From the NCBI GenBank assembly GCA_963799775.1, contig CAWCYD010000003.1, forward strand, positions 416,001 through 480,000: a DNA stretch of 64,000 nucleotides. The letters are read 5' to 3'. Below, piece after piece: positions 8,760-20,494 of this stretch (positions within the stretch are counted from its first letter, which is position 1; every line of letters begins with the position of its first letter). The position numbers and the translations under genes were made by a program. The notes beneath the pieces were generated by a model that was not told the origin of the DNA, searched no databases, and was given only the letters and a program-made list of their open reading frames with translations. Source of the stretch: an uncultured archaeon. GTDB taxonomy: Archaea > Thermoproteota > Nitrososphaeria > Nitrososphaerales > Gagatemarchaeaceae.

Positions 8760-9467
8760 ATGGAGTCGTCTCGGCAAGAGTCGATAGCGAAGATCGGCGG
8801 GGAGGTAATCGCGAGCGAGGAGCCGGGCAAGGCTCTAAAGTCCTGGAGAGAGAAGCTCGGGATAAGGCAGATCAACCTTGCTAGGCAGCTGAAGCTCTCG
8901 CCTTCGGTCCTCAGCGACTATGAGAGCGGAAGGAGGCCGTCTCCGGGAGTGCTCTTCGTGAGGAAATACGTGGAGGCGATGGTGACCCTCGACGAGTCGC
9001 AAGGCAGGGTGGCGTCGAGGTTGCTCTCTAGGGAGGACAGCAGCGCGATCCTGGCGATAAAAGAGTTCGTCGAGCCCATCAACGCGGTCGACCTGCTTCA
9101 CAGGGTGAAGGGCAAGGTGCTCTCCGGGCACCCGAGCAAGCTCCACCTCTACGGATACACGGTGGTGGACAGCATAAAGACGATCTACGCCCTCTCGGGC
9201 TACGACTTTTACCGCATCTTCGGGGCGACCACTGAGCGAGCGATCATCTTCACCAAGGTGGGCATGGGCAGGAGCCCGCTCGTCGCGATCCGGGTCTCGC
9301 AGCTCAAACCGCGCGTGGTGGTGGTGCACGGTCCGGAGCACCTCGACCCCCTGGCGGTCGACCTCGCGAAGAAGGAGGGTCTAGTCCTTGCGCTCTCTCA
9401 TAGCGCCGACGAGGCCGACATTATCTCCTCTCTCTCCACGCTGGGTCGTGAGCGCGGCAAGCCCTAG
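8760..9467 (+). CDS. XRE-HTH transcriptional regulator (COG1709-like)
   Basis: PGKALKSWRE..SPSVLSDYESGRR.SPG; YGYTVVDSIK; TERAIIFTKVGMGRSPLVAIRV. Confidence 0.85.
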   Translation: MESSRQESIAKIGGEVIASEEPGKALKSWREKLGIRQINLARQLKLSPSVLSDYESGRRPSPGVLFVRKYVEAMVTLDESQGRVASRLLSREDSSAILAIKEFVEPINAVDLLHRVKGKVLSGHPSKLHLYGYTVVDSIKTIYALSGYDFYRIFGATTERAIIFTKVGMGRSPLVAIRVSQLKPRVVVVHGPEHLDPLAVDLAKKEGLVLALSHSADEADIISSLSTLGRERGKP

Positions 9468-9540
9468 CGCTCTCGTTCAACAGGGGCCCAAGGAACCTTT
9501 TTAGCACGTCCCGGGTCGTGTTCGGAAAGCCGGCTTTCTC

Positions 9541-10361
9541 TTGGAGCAGCTCACCCTACTCTCCTCTCTAGTCGACCTTGTCATCGTGGTGGCGTTCGCC
9601 CTCGTCGCCATCCGCTTGAGGGCTATAGACAGGCGCGGGTTCCTGGCAAGCGTCGCCGTCGGCTATCCCATCCTTCTTGGAGGGGGTGCGCTGCCTGGTT
9701 CGTTATCGTCGCCACGTTCTTCGTCCTGGGGGTGGCGTTCACGTGGTATCGATACGAGTACAAGAAGAGCCTCGGCAGTGCGCAGGAGAAGGGCGGGACC
9801 AGGAACTGGCCGAACATACTCGCGAACGGAGGCGTCGCCTCTCTGCTGGGGCTGGGGGAACTCCTTGGAGGCGGGCTTCTCTTCTCGGTGCTCTATCTCG
9901 GGGCCGTCGCTGCGGCTACCAGCGACACGGTCGCGACCGAACTGGGGCTCCTCAACAAGTCTCCGCCCCGGCTCATCATCGCCCCGAACAGGACTGTCTC
10001 TCCAGGGACTTCGGGAGGGGTGAGTGCGATGGGGTTCGCAGGGACCTTGCTCGCAGGCGGGCTAATAGGGGTCGTGGCCGCGATACTCGGCGTCGCGCAC
10101 GGCCTCTCCCCGGCCTACGTGCTGGGGGTCTCGGTCGCCGGCGGGCTCGTCGGCTCGGTCGCAGACAGCGTTGCCGGCGCCACCATCCAGAGGAAGAGCT
10201 TCTGCGTGGTCTGCGGGAAGCCTTCGGAGAACCTTGTCCATTGCGGCGAGCCTACAAGGTACTCGTCAGGACTGCGCTTCGTGGACAACCATGTCGTAAA
10301 CGTCCTCGCGACCATCTTCGGATCGCTGGGCTCGCTGGCGCTCTTCCTTCTTATCAGATGA
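9541..10361 (+). CDS. DUF92/TMEM19 membrane protein (frameshift near 9690)
   Basis: RNWPNILANGG, ATSDTVATELG, PGTSGGVS, DS..GATIQ, DNHVVN. Confidence 0.85.
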
Positions 10362-10370
10362 GCGTGCGGC

Positions 10371-11835
10371 TCACCGGAGATGGCTGCGGAGCCAGTCTCC
10401 GAGCTCGTCCTTCTTGACCTTGTCCTGCGACCTGTCGTCCCTGTGCCTCACGGTCACCAGGCCTTCGGTGATGGTCTCGCGGTCGACCGTGATGCAAAAG
10501 GGGACGCCCGCCTCGTCCGCTCTGGCGTACCTCCTCCCAATCGAGCCGGACTCGTCGTAGAAGAGGTCGTACTCGCCACGCAGGGCGTCATAGAGGCGTC
10601 TCGCTTCCACATCCAGCCCGTCCTTGGAGACCAACGGGAAGACGCCCGCCTGAACTGGAGAGATCCCGGGCCTGAGCGAGAGGTATAGCCTCTGGCCTCC
10701 CTTCCCGTCGTCCTCGGACCTGTAGGCCTTCTCGAGGATGACGTACAGGCTCCTGTCCACGCCCATCGAGAGCTCGAAGATGTGCGGCAGGACCTTCTTG
10801 CCCCTGTCCTCGACGGTGTAGTCGGTCCCGCTCACCTCCGCGTGCCTCTTGAGGTCGTAGTCAGACCTGTAGTTGCAGGCGACGAGTTCCAGCCAGCCGA
10901 CGGACGTCCTGACCTCGAGGTCGAAGGCCACCTTCGAGTAGAATGCCTTCTCGACGTCGGTCAAGGTTCCTCAGCCTGATGTCGCCCTTTGGGAGGCCGA
11001 CTGCCTCCTCGTAAAAGGACTGGATCAGGTAGAGGTAGTAGCCGATGAGCTTGTTCGGGACCGCCCCTGCCGTGATCGCGTCTTCCACTTTCGTCGCCAC
11101 AGGCTCCTCGTCTCCCTTTGAGATCGAGAGCTCGAATCCCGTTGCCACGTCGAACTTCGGGAGCGAGACGTTCTCGGGGTCGAAGCACACCTCGACCTCC
11201 GCCTGGTATATCTCCCGCACGCGCAGGATCCCCTGCCTCGGCGCTATCTCGTTCCTGAAACTCTTGCCCACCTGAGCGAAGCCCTGCGGCAGCTTCGCGC
11301 GTTGCGTCTTGAACAGGTATGGGATGTCGGCGAATATGCCCTGGCACGTCTCAGGCCTGAGGTACGCCTCCTCTCCCTGCGGGCCTATCCCGAGCTTGAA
11401 CATCATGTTGAACCTCTTGGTCCCTGTCAGTTCCGCCTTGCACTTTGCGCAGCGTATCCCCTCCTCCTTCAGCATCTCGTCGTACCTCTCGTCGGGCAGG
11501 TTCTCGGGCGTCGGGTGACCGACCTTCTCCTCGATCAGCTTGTCGGGCCTGTAGAGGGAGTGGCAGTTGGCGCAGACGACGATGGGGTCTGTGAAGTTGG
11601 ACAGGTGGCCCGAGGCGACGAAGACCGCGGCCGGCATGATCTGGGCGGCGTCTATCTCTATCATCTCGTCTCTCTTCACGAGGTGCTTCCTCCACAGCTC
11701 GACATACCTGTTCTTCAGGCCCACTCCCAGGGGGCCGTAGTCCCAGAATCCTGCGGGGGTGTTGGGATAGGCCTCGGCAGACCTGATCAGGTAGCCCCTC
11801 CTCTGGGCGACGTTCATGACGTCCTCGTACTTCAT
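10371..11835 (-). CDS. glyS: glycyl-tRNA synthetase (frameshift near 10960)
   Basis: DYGPLG, YLRPETCQG, GKSFRNEIAPRQG..RVRE, SIGRRYARADEAG. Confidence 0.95.
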
Positions 11836-11910
11836 CTGGACGAGGCCCAGTTCTCGGACAGACCGTATTTTAGGAGTTGCTGGAAAGACGGGTTGAGCAC
11901 CCGAGGGCCC

Positions 11911-12135
11911 CTAGATTGCCTTGATCTGCTTGACGACGCTGGGCCTGACTTTCCTGAAGACCCTGTACCCGCAGATGCACTTCACCTCGGGAAGGGAGGA
12001 GAGCTCCTCTTGGGTGGTCCTCGTCCCGCATCTGACGCATTCGTACACTGCACCCGGGAATACCTTGACCGGCGGTTCACCGGCGGGTGGAGTTGTTAGC
12101 TTCTCGCCCGAATCTGGCGATTGTGATTCAGACAT
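11911..12135 (-). CDS. rpoP: RNA polymerase subunit P (Rpo12)
   Basis: VYECVRCG...CICGYRVFRKVR. Confidence 0.85.
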   Translation of the reverse strand: MSESQSPDSGEKLTTPPAGEPPVKVFPGAVYECVRCGTRTTQEELSSLPEVKCICGYRVFRKVRPSVVKQIKAI

Positions 12136-12239
12136 CTCTCTTTTGACGCGAAGAGCGGGCGTATTTCTACGTTGCCCCTCGAAACGCCGCCCAAACCCAT
12201 GAGAACGGTTAAATTTCGCTCATTCGACCCTGCTATTGC

Positions 12240-12521
12240 ATGACAAACGACAGGGCCTTGGGAGGCGCGATCTTGATTGGCAGCATCCTGGGGATAATCG
12301 TCTATGGTGTGCTCCTTTACTTCTGGGCAACCATCATTCTTGAGATCACCGCTTTCCTAGGCGTGGTAGTCCTCCTGGGCATCCTGGGCTGGATAGGCTG
12401 GACCATGGCGACGACACCGCCTCCTGAGCCGATGCCAGAGATGACCGGAGCGACCGGCCAGACTCCGGCTGCACCTACGGCCCCGACGACGGGAACGTCC
12501 GAGAAAAAGCCTCCGAGCTAG
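12240..12521 (+). CDS. small 2-TM conserved archaeal protein
   Basis: Hydrophobic helices, WIGWTMATTPPP, TATA-like TTAAAT upstream. Confidence 0.75.
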   Translation: MTNDRALGGAILIGSILGIIVYGVLLYFWATIILEITAFLGVVVLLGILGWIGWTMATTPPPEPMPEMTGATGQTPAAPTAPTTGTSEKKPPS

Positions 12522-12540
12522 GGAACAGGGCTTTCGGTGC

Positions 12541-13285
12541 CTAGTACTTCCTGAACCGGATGCTAAGCACCCCTACGAAGAATCCCCACATCTCACCGGC
12601 GCCCATCTTCGAGGCGCCCTTCGCCCTCTCCTCGAACGTGAAGGGGAACCTCCGTCATCTTGAAGCCGTGCTTCTTCAACACATACAAGGACTCAACCTG
12701 GAAGATGAAGCCGCTCGACCTTGGTGGGTGAGCAAGGAGGCACTCGACGGCGGCCTTGTCCAGGGCCTTGAACCCGGTCGTCGTGTCCTTCACCTGCAGA
12801 CCGAGGATGGTCCGCGAGATCCAGCTGGCGCCCCTGCTTATGGCCCTCCTCCTCCAGTTGAGCCCCTTGAAGCTCCCGCCCCTGACGTGTCTGGATGCTA
12901 TCGCGACGTCGACCGCGCCCGAAGCAACATTCTCGACGAGGGAAGGAAGTATCTCGGGTGGGTGCTGCAAGTCGGCGTCCATCTGGACGACGATGTCGGG
13001 GTCCTGAGCGTCGATGACCATCCGGAAACCGTCCAAGTAGGCCGTCCCAAGGCCCTTCTTGCCCTCCCTCTCGAGGAGACGGAAAGCCGGGTCGGCCTCG
13101 GCGATAGCGCGGATCTCGCTCCCCGTCCCGTCCGGGCTGTTGTCGTCGACGAAGAGCACCGCCAGGCGCCCTGCCATGCTCTCGAGGATGGGGTCCAGCC
13201 TCCTCTTGAACTCCCGTATGTTCTCCCTCTCGTTGAAAGTGGGGACCACCAAGGCGACGCGAGGCATGGTCGTCGTGGACGCCAT
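12541..13285 (-). CDS. polyprenol-phosphate glycosyltransferase (GT2, DPM1-like; 3' frameshift)
   Basis: VPTFNERENI, VDDNSPDGT, GLGTAY, QMDADLQHPP, DTTTGFK. Confidence 0.9.
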
Positions 13286-13315
13286 GCGGCTATCACTCTC
13301 AGCGCTCGCTTCCGC

Positions 13316-14423
13316 TCAACTCTTGACGGCCTTCTCGAACTCTTCAGCTATGTAGCTGATCTCGGACTCTTTCACTCCCGGGTGGACGGGCAAGGAGAGC
13401 ACGTGCGCGGCAGCGGAGACCGCCATGGGCACCTTCAGGCCGGCGTACCCCAGCCTACTATACAGCGGCATCCTGTTGACCGGCGTCTCCCAGTAGGCCG
13501 CGGCTCCGATGCCCCTGGCCCTGAGCTGCTGCAAGACTACGTCTCGCCGCCTCGAGAGGAATACCGTGTAGAGATACCAGACGTGCTTCCTATCGTTCGA
13601 CCGCTGCCGCAGCTCGACCCCCTTGATCTTCGACACCGTCTCTGAGAGGGCCTTCGCGTTCTTGCGCCGAGCGCGGATGTACCCCTCGAGCCTGTCCATC
13701 TGGACCGAGGCGATGGCTGCCGCGATCTCTGGTAACCGGTAGTTGAACCCGATGGGCCCTCGTGTCATACCCCTCTTGCATCCCGTGGTTTCTGACGAGC
13801 CTCACCTTCTCGGCGAACTCGTCGTCGTCGGTGGTGATGGCCCCTCCTTCGCCTGACGTGATCACCTTCGTCGCGTACAGGCTGAAACAGCCTGCCTGGT
13901 CGGTCTTTCCGGCTGGCTTCCCGTGGTACTCGGCCCCAAGCGACTCTGCGGCGTCCTCGACGACCTTGACCGACGCCTTGTCGGCAACCTCCCTTATCTC
14001 GTCTCTATCTGCCGGATATCCGTAGACGTCGACAGGTATCACCACCTTGGTCTTCCTTGTGATCTTCTTTCGGACGTCGTCAGGGTCGATGTTGTAGTCC
14101 GCCTTGATGTCTGCGAAGACGGGCTTCGCCCCGCACGCCAGGACCACGTTGGCCGTGGCCTCGAAAGTGAAGGCGGGAACTATCACCTCGTCTCCGGGGC
14201 CCACGCCATAGGCGACCAGCGACGTGTGAAGGGCAGCCGTCCCCGAGTTGACCGCGACCGCGTGCTTGGTCCCTACCTTCTTTCTGAGCTTCGACTCGAA
14301 CTCTCTGACGTACTTTCCGCCCTCGAAGCTCGCGTTCGTGAGTATCCCGCTGTCCAGAACGGCCATGACGGCCTCCTTCTCCTCCCTTCCGAGGAGAGGA
14401 ATGTTGATCGGGATGAACTTCAA
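13316..14423 (-). CDS. DegT/DnrJ/EryC1/StrS aminotransferase (frameshift near 13760)
   Basis: NSGTAALH, EDAAESLGA, FSLYATKVITSGEGG, LSLPVHP. Confidence 0.92.
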
Positions 14424-14430
14424 TCGCTGC

Positions 14431-15525
14431 TCACCTGGCCGGCACCGGCTTGCCCTCCTCACGGAGGATCGCGGTCACCTCTCCGAACATCTTCGTCCCC
14501 TCGAAACTCTCCCTGAAAGGAGCGACCATCTTCTCGAGGCTCGTGGCGACCCCCTTCTTGAGGTCGGTCGGATGCAGCTTGCCGGAGACGTACGAGCCCT
14601 CCAGCTCTTGGTAGCTTCGGAACGATACGTTGCCTCCATATTTCTCGGGCCTCTCCACGTCGAGGTGGTCCGTCTCGTGGAAGACGAGGTACCGCGCGTA
14701 CTCGAGCACGGGGTTGCCGTCCACCTGCCTCTCAGGACACCAAGCCTTGCTCAACTTCCTCGAGATCTCCTCCTGGCTGTCGTGGAGGAATATCCCCGAG
14801 TCAGGCTTTGACTTGCTCATCTTGCTCGAGACCATCTTGTCGGACTCTTCGTCCTCGTCGATTCCCTTGGCCACCGGCTTTTCGAGCCCGCCGAGAAGAT
14901 GGTGATGCACTGCGACGGGCAGCTTCCATTTCAGCGAAGGAAAGACCTCCCTGACAAGGACGTGTATCTTCCTCTGGTCCATCCCGCTGTGCACGATGTC
15001 CAGGTCCATGGCCTTGATGTCTGTCGCCTGCATGGGCGGATAGATGTACTGGGCCACGTCGAGGCTATCCTTCGTGCTCCTGCCCATTATGGTGAGGCAC
15101 CTGGTGTCTCGGGCCAGGCTGATCTGCTTGGAGAAGCGAAGCATGTCCTTCCAGTACTGGTCGTTCTTCTCGTACAGCTTGCTCCCGAGCTCGAACTCGA
15201 CCCCGGGGGCAAGGAACTCGAACGCCTTCTCGAAGTATCGCGACACCTTCTCTATCTTCTCGAGGTCGCCGCCCATCTTGTTGTTGATGTAGCTGTGCCA
15301 GTCAGCGAGGAAGACCTCGCACCGGATGCCAGCTTTCATGAAATCCTTGAGCTTGAAGCCGATCAGGAAGTATCCGAGGTGAAGCAGTCCGGAGATCTCC
15401 AGACCGATGTAATGCTTCGGATGGGGTTCTCTGCCGAGAAGAGAGACGAGCTCGGGTTCGGTCAGGATCTCTTCGGTCGGTGGTCTCTTGATAAGTGCCA
15501 TCCTCTCTTCAAGTTCCAAGACCAC
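14431..15525 (-). CDS. tyrS: tyrosyl-tRNA synthetase
   Basis: YIGLEISG..HLG, YPPMQATD, GMDQRKIH, KMSKS. Confidence 0.95.
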   Translation of the reverse strand: MVLELEERMALIKRPPTEEILTEPELVSLLGREPHPKHYIGLEISGLLHLGYFLIGFKLKDFMKAGIRCEVFLADWHSYINNKMGGDLEKIEKVSRYFEKAFEFLAPGVEFELGSKLYEKNDQYWKDMLRFSKQISLARDTRCLTIMGRSTKDSLDVAQYIYPPMQATDIKAMDLDIVHSGMDQRKIHVLVREVFPSLKWKLPVAVHHHLLGGLEKPVAKGIDEDEESDKMVSSKMSKSKPDSGIFLHDSQEEISRKLSKAWCPERQVDGNPVLEYARYLVFHETDHLDVERPEKYGGNVSFRSYQELEGSYVSGKLHPTDLKKGVATSLEKMVAPFRESFEGTKMFGEVTAILREEGKPVPAR

Positions 15526-15705
15526 TCACCGGTGTCTCGTTCCCCTCGCCAGTCTCCATTTAAGCGATTCAAGGCTGATCCGGGGAATCAAGGACATTCC
15601 GGGTCGATTCGGACCTTGAGGATGCGGGTCGTCCTTGGTTCGCTGCCTTGTGCCGCTCGACTAAACCTTAAAGGAAAGTTTCTGGCGCGCGGCCGTTGAA
15701 TACTC

Positions 15706-16272
15706 ATGGAGCAGATGGACCAGCTCCGCCGTCCAGAGGAGAAGACCCGCCTCATGTACAGGATCGTCTGCTGGGCTTCTGGTATCACGATACTCGCGAC
15801 CATAATCTACGGGGTCGCGACCTCAGCCATCTACGCCAGCGGAAGCATCCCGGACATCGGGCAGAGCCTGGTCAACATCGACTTCCCCCTTCCCTACTTC
15901 GCAAAGCCTGCCACCTACCTGAGCATCGCGTGCGTCACTTTCTTCTATTCGGGCCTGAGGTTGTGGCAGAACAAGGTCGCCCAATGGTCCCAGGTCCGCT
16001 TGGCCGCGCTTCAGCTGTTCGCCATCGTGATCGCGTTCGCCTCCGCCTATGAAGTGCTCTACAACTTCATGCTCTGGGGGTCGTTCTTCAGCGTCCAGGT
16101 CCTTTACAATAACCTCGCGGCCAACCCGAACTTCCTTTCGAGCCCTGGGCCCACGCCCTGGAACCTTGTCTTCGCGACCAAGATGTTCGCGGCGCTGTTC
16201 GCGATAAGCGGGTACAGCGTCTACTTTCTCAGGAAAGTGCACAGAATCCGCGGTCTGCCGGACGCGCTCTAG
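15706..16272 (+). CDS. conserved membrane protein
   Basis: Four TM segments, YEVLYNFMLW, WNLVFATK. Confidence 0.7.
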   Translation: MEQMDQLRRPEEKTRLMYRIVCWASGITILATIIYGVATSAIYASGSIPDIGQSLVNIDFPLPYFAKPATYLSIACVTFFYSGLRLWQNKVAQWSQVRLAALQLFAIVIAFASAYEVLYNFMLWGSFFSVQVLYNNLAANPNFLSSPGPTPWNLVFATKMFAALFAISGYSVYFLRKVHRIRGLPDAL

Positions 16273-16643
16273 AGCTTCTTGGCCGCCATGGGCTTTACCT
16301 TGCCCATCGACAGCACAGACAATTCCAGATAGACCGACAATATCGCGAAGACACCGAAGACCACGCCGCTGGTCAACCCCAGAGTGCCAAGAGTCGTACC
16401 TGAGAGTGTCGCCGCCTCATACACCTGATAGAGTGTGAGCGTCAGTCCGAAGAGGGCGCTCGCCCCCGCAAGAGGCCGGGTTATCCAGTTCGTCTCTGCG
16501 GCCAGAAGAAGGACGGCGCTGACTACGAACGCCAAGACGGCGAGGAGCAGCAGAGTAGCTCCCCCGGTGGCGACTATGACCAGCCAGAACGCGCCCTCCA
16601 CAAGGAAGAGGATGGGCACCAACCAGCCGCTGGGAGACCTCAC
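16269..16643 (-). CDS. membrane protein
   Basis: Four hydrophobic segments; fills the gap between neighbours. Confidence 0.65.
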   Translation of the reverse strand: MRSPSGWLVPILFLVEGAFWLVIVATGGATLLLLAVLAFVVSAVLLLAAETNWITRPLAGASALFGLTLTLYQVYEAATLSGTTLGTLGLTSGVVFGVFAILSVYLELSVLSMGKVKPMAAKKL

Positions 16644-16716
16644 AGAGGCTTCCGAAAAATGTTGAAGTTATAATCGTATCGTTGGGCGGCCAGCCACGGG
16701 AACATTCACCCTCGAC

Positions 16717-18273
16717 GTGGCTTCGACCAAGGGGTTTTTGAGCGCGGGTGATGCAGGACGCCCAGCCGTGCCAGACCTGGCCCAAAAGTCGGAGGCCGAC
16801 AGAGAGATCGCCTTCCAAGCAGGCGTCTCTTCTCGTTCGATACGAGGAATTGTGGATTATGTCAAGAAGCACTACCTCGATTCGAACGTCGAGTCTCTGG
16901 AGAACCGCTCCTACAGGGAGAAGTGGGCTCCAGACAATGGTCGGGCGGAACTCGAGTGGACGTTCTCCCCTTCATCGGCCCATACGGGATTTTCGGTCCA
17001 GCCTTTGCAGGGGAAGAGCGTCCGACTCACGATCAGCACGACCTCTGCCTCGATATCGTTCGGAGGGCTGGAGAAGGGTGACGCGCGGGGGCTGCAGGCC
17101 TGCACCCACGTGGCGGACGACGTCGAGGTCATGATCACGCTCTTCCTTTCCAAATCCAAGACCACCCAGCTCTACTTCATCTTCTCTTCAGAGGCCAAGG
17201 GGAGGGCCCGCGACTCTCCGACCGCCCCCTCCGTGGGCAGGGACGCTCTGAAGAGGCTCCTGAGCGGGAACATGACGAACGTGTACCTGCTCATCATGGC
17301 GCTCAGCTTCGTCTTGTTCTTCGTTCTAGGGGCCCTGGCGATCTTCGCGGTCCTTGCCATACAGCTCCTCGCCCTCTTCTATTCTGACAGGCTCTCGTTG
17401 ATGGTCGGGAAGGTCAAACCGAACTCCGACAGCCCATGGGTGACGATGGTGGGCGTTCCCGTCCCCAACGAGGCGAAGGACCATTTCGCCAAACTCCCGA
17501 GAGGCAAGGTGGAAGAGATCGCCGACCAGCTAGGGACGAGCATCTCGCAGGAGACGCTCGAAGGACCAGGCGCGAGCAAAGCGGTGCAAGAGATGCTCGC
17601 AGCGTCTGGCGTCCCCACCTCGACAGACGAGGTCAAGGTCGTCACCAGGAACGTCTTTGGCCTTGTGAAGGGGGTGGCCGACCGCTTCAGACTCCCGACT
17701 CCCAAGATAACGATAGTCAACAGCGTGGCGGACAACGCAGCTGCGACCGGCATCTCTCCCTCCAGGGCATCAATCACGATCACAGCCGGTTCCCTTGAAG
17801 ACCTGGGAGATCCAGAGCTGTCCGCCGTGATAGGGCACGAGCTCGGCCACATCAAGGGCCGCGACTCGTTGATACTCTTCTCTGCGACCTTCATCCTCTA
17901 TGTCGGAGGCCTCTACCTGTGGTTCCCCCTCCTCCTGGCGTTGGGCATATTCTACTACATCCTCATCTTCGCCATCATCTTCGCCGTGGGGAAGGTGCTC
18001 GAGACGAGGGCGGACACCGAGTCGGCTGTCACCCTTGGGACGCCGGCGGTCCTTGCCTCCGCGCTCTCGACCATAGGCTTTCGGCAGCTCTACGTCGAGA
18101 GATACTCCCATCGCGCTCGGGTCTTCGATTGGTTGAGCTTCGACCCGCATCCACCCATCTACTTCAGGGTCCAGCGGCTCTCCAGGATCGCGGCGAGCGG
18201 CAAGAGCGTGGGTAACACGCTGCTGATCGCGATAAAGGACTGCGCGACCGGCTTCCTCGAGACGCTAACCTGA
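16717..18273 (+). CDS. M48 (HtpX-like) membrane zinc metalloprotease with long N-terminal extension
   Basis: NAAATG, HELGH, ETRAD, HPPIYFR. Confidence 0.88.
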   Translation: MASTKGFLSAGDAGRPAVPDLAQKSEADREIAFQAGVSSRSIRGIVDYVKKHYLDSNVESLENRSYREKWAPDNGRAELEWTFSPSSAHTGFSVQPLQGKSVRLTISTTSASISFGGLEKGDARGLQACTHVADDVEVMITLFLSKSKTTQLYFIFSSEAKGRARDSPTAPSVGRDALKRLLSGNMTNVYLLIMALSFVLFFVLGALAIFAVLAIQLLALFYSDRLSLMVGKVKPNSDSPWVTMVGVPVPNEAKDHFAKLPRGKVEEIADQLGTSISQETLEGPGASKAVQEMLAASGVPTSTDEVKVVTRNVFGLVKGVADRFRLPTPKITIVNSVADNAAATGISPSRASITITAGSLEDLGDPELSAVIGHELGHIKGRDSLILFSATFILYVGGLYLWFPLLLALGIFYYILIFAIIFAVGKVLETRADTESAVTLGTPAVLASALSTIGFRQLYVERYSHRARVFDWLSFDPHPPIYFRVQRLSRIAASGKSVGNTLLIAIKDCATGFLETLT

Positions 18274-18338
18274 TTCGAGCGGACTCCGCTTCATTAACGC
18301 TAAATATCAGACTAGAACAAACCCTGGCTCGTCTCGAA

Positions 18339-18749
18339 TTGACGAGCGCCGTGCTCGGGTGGGGCCTGGTCGACGGTTTCATCATCGTCGTCGCTCTGAC
18401 CGTCTTCGTCGACAAGGCAGGGGACTACCTCTATCACAGGGGCATCGCGAAGCCGTTCTACATCCGGGGCTACAGGCTGCACCACCAGAAGGTCGTCCTC
18501 GCCCTGGTCCCTTCCGTCTACGCCGTCTTGGCCGCGCTGGTCTACTTCCACTACTTTCGCGTGCTCTGGGCCTCGTTCTGGCCCAGCATCGATGTCACGG
18601 TCGTCCTCGCAGCGGTATGCCTGACTTTGGACTTTAGTCTGGACGCCATCACCAAGGCAGAGAGGAGGATGAACATCCTCCTACACCACGAATGGGTCTA
18701 TCTCGTGGTCCCTGCCTACATATTCACGCATCTCGTAGCCCTGGTCTAG
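18339..18749 (+). CDS. membrane protein
   Basis: Hydrophobic ORF with LHH motifs; TAAATA upstream. Confidence 0.65.
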   Translation: MTSAVLGWGLVDGFIIVVALTVFVDKAGDYLYHRGIAKPFYIRGYRLHHQKVVLALVPSVYAVLAALVYFHYFRVLWASFWPSIDVTVVLAAVCLTLDFSLDAITKAERRMNILLHHEWVYLVVPAYIFTHLVALV

Positions 18750-18787
18750 GGTCGCCAGAGGCTCCGGGCGGTTGCCAGCCTGGCCCT

Positions 18788-20326
18788 CTAATTCGTCCGG
18801 ACCTGTGGATTTTGAGGAACCGCGGCGCCCACTGGCTCGACCGCGCTCGGCGACGCCATCTCTCTCGGCTGAAGATGCCTCGTAAGGTTCATCGACTTCA
18901 GCGTGAAGGCCCCGAAACCGAGCAAAGAGAGGGTCAGGAACCAGACGCCGTGGAGAAATACCAAGGCCGCGAGCACGATCCCCGAGACGGCCAGGACTCC
19001 CTCGACGATCGCGCTCTTGTCGTTCGTCAAGGCCCGAAAGTACCTCGTCTTCGCCGCTTCCCCGGAGCCCGACTTGGGCGTCCTGTAGAGGAAGAACCCC
19101 ATCCTGTCGAACACGCCGTAGAAGAAGCCCATCGACCCCAACGTCAGCATGCTCCCGGAAGCGTAACCTAGAACAGGTATCAGCAGCACGTTGCGGGCGG
19201 TCATCAGGCCCTGCACACGGAGGGCCCACGCCCCGGATGCCATCGAGAGCGCCATGGGGACCGCCGTCGCTGCGACGTAGATCGGGCTGTTGAAGATCGA
19301 GTCCGCAGGCGGAACGAGTCGCAGGAGGACTGCCATCGCAGAGATGAACGTCACCAGGATCCAGCTGAGGCTGCTGAAGGGCGCCATCAGCATCAGGACG
19401 AGCCCGAGCTTCTTCCTTAAACTTACGTCGCTCGCGGTGAGGATGTTCCTTCCGTATTTCGCGATGCACCGCCACCATCCCTGGGACGTCCTCGCGACCT
19501 GCTTCTTCCAGGCCTCCAGAGTCGACGGGTCTTCCGCCATTATCTTCACGTTGCTTAGGTAGATCCCCCTCTTGCCGGCGAGATACATCTTGATCGAGAT
19601 GTCCGCGTCGTCCGCTATCCTCTCGTTCGACCACTGCCCGATGTCCCTCAGGTCTTTGGCCCGGACGAGCGCGAACCCTCCCTGGAGCGAGAACGGGGCG
19701 TCTATGTGATAGGCGCCCATCTTGGAAAGGGTGTCGCCGATGTCCTGGCTTAGGGCGAAAAGCTGGGTCACCAGATTGTAGTTCCTGTTGTAATGGCCAT
19801 ATCTGTACGAGACGAAGGACGCTCGAGGGTGCTTCTCCATGGCGTCGATGCCCTTCTCGATGATGTCTGGCGGGATGATCGAGTCGGCATCCAAGAGGAG
19901 CACGTAGTCGCCCACCACCTTCTCCATCGCCTTGTTCAGAGCACCGCACTTGAAACTCTCCCTGCTGGGCCTCCGCGAGACGATCGCCCTTATCCCGGAT
20001 GCGTTGAGGTCGCGGACCTTGTCGTCGATCAGCTCCACCGTGTTGTCGCTCGAGTCGTCGGCGACCACCACCTGCAGCCTGTCTTTGGGGTAGTTGAGGC
20101 CCTTCATCGCCTCGAGGGACCTCTCGATGACGTACCTCTCGTTGAAGGTCGCTATCAGAATGGAGACCATCGGGTGCTCCTCTAGCTCGACCTCGGCCGC
20201 GCCGAGCCCCATGGGGTACGTGAGGGAGTTCCCAAGGAGGAAGACCCAGTAGTACTCGAGGGCGAAGACAGGGACGCTGAGGACGAGCGTTATTACCTCA
20301 ATCAGGAACCAGATTTGTATCGCCAT
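18788..20326 (-). CDS. processive-type GT2 glycosyltransferase (cellulose-synthase-like)
   Basis: ATFNE, DDSSD, KCGALN, DAD, IADD, QVART; C-terminal TM helices. Confidence 0.85.
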   Translation of the reverse strand: MAIQIWFLIEVITLVLSVPVFALEYYWVFLLGNSLTYPMGLGAAEVELEEHPMVSILIATFNERYVIERSLEAMKGLNYPKDRLQVVVADDSSDNTVELIDDKVRDLNASGIRAIVSRRPSRESFKCGALNKAMEKVVGDYVLLLDADSIIPPDIIEKGIDAMEKHPRASFVSYRYGHYNRNYNLVTQLFALSQDIGDTLSKMGAYHIDAPFSLQGGFALVRAKDLRDIGQWSNERIADDADISIKMYLAGKRGIYLSNVKIMAEDPSTLEAWKKQVARTSQGWWRCIAKYGRNILTASDVSLRKKLGLVLMLMAPFSSLSWILVTFISAMAVLLRLVPPADSIFNSPIYVAATAVPMALSMASGAWALRVQGLMTARNVLLIPVLGYASGSMLTLGSMGFFYGVFDRMGFFLYRTPKSGSGEAAKTRYFRALTNDKSAIVEGVLAVSGIVLAALVFLHGVWFLTLSLLGFGAFTLKSMNLTRHLQPREMASPSAVEPVGAAVPQNPQVRTN

Positions 20327-20494
20327 GCGCCGAGTCCCCGGAAAGGTCCAGCAAACTCACTTGACCGAGTATGTAAATCTTAGTATGTTTTTCGAACCCA
20401 CCTCCCCGACTATCATGCCGCAGAATTGAGGGCCAGGAAGTCGCCTCCGGATAAATAGCCGACTGCTTGAGCGTGCTCGAAAGACGAAGAAACC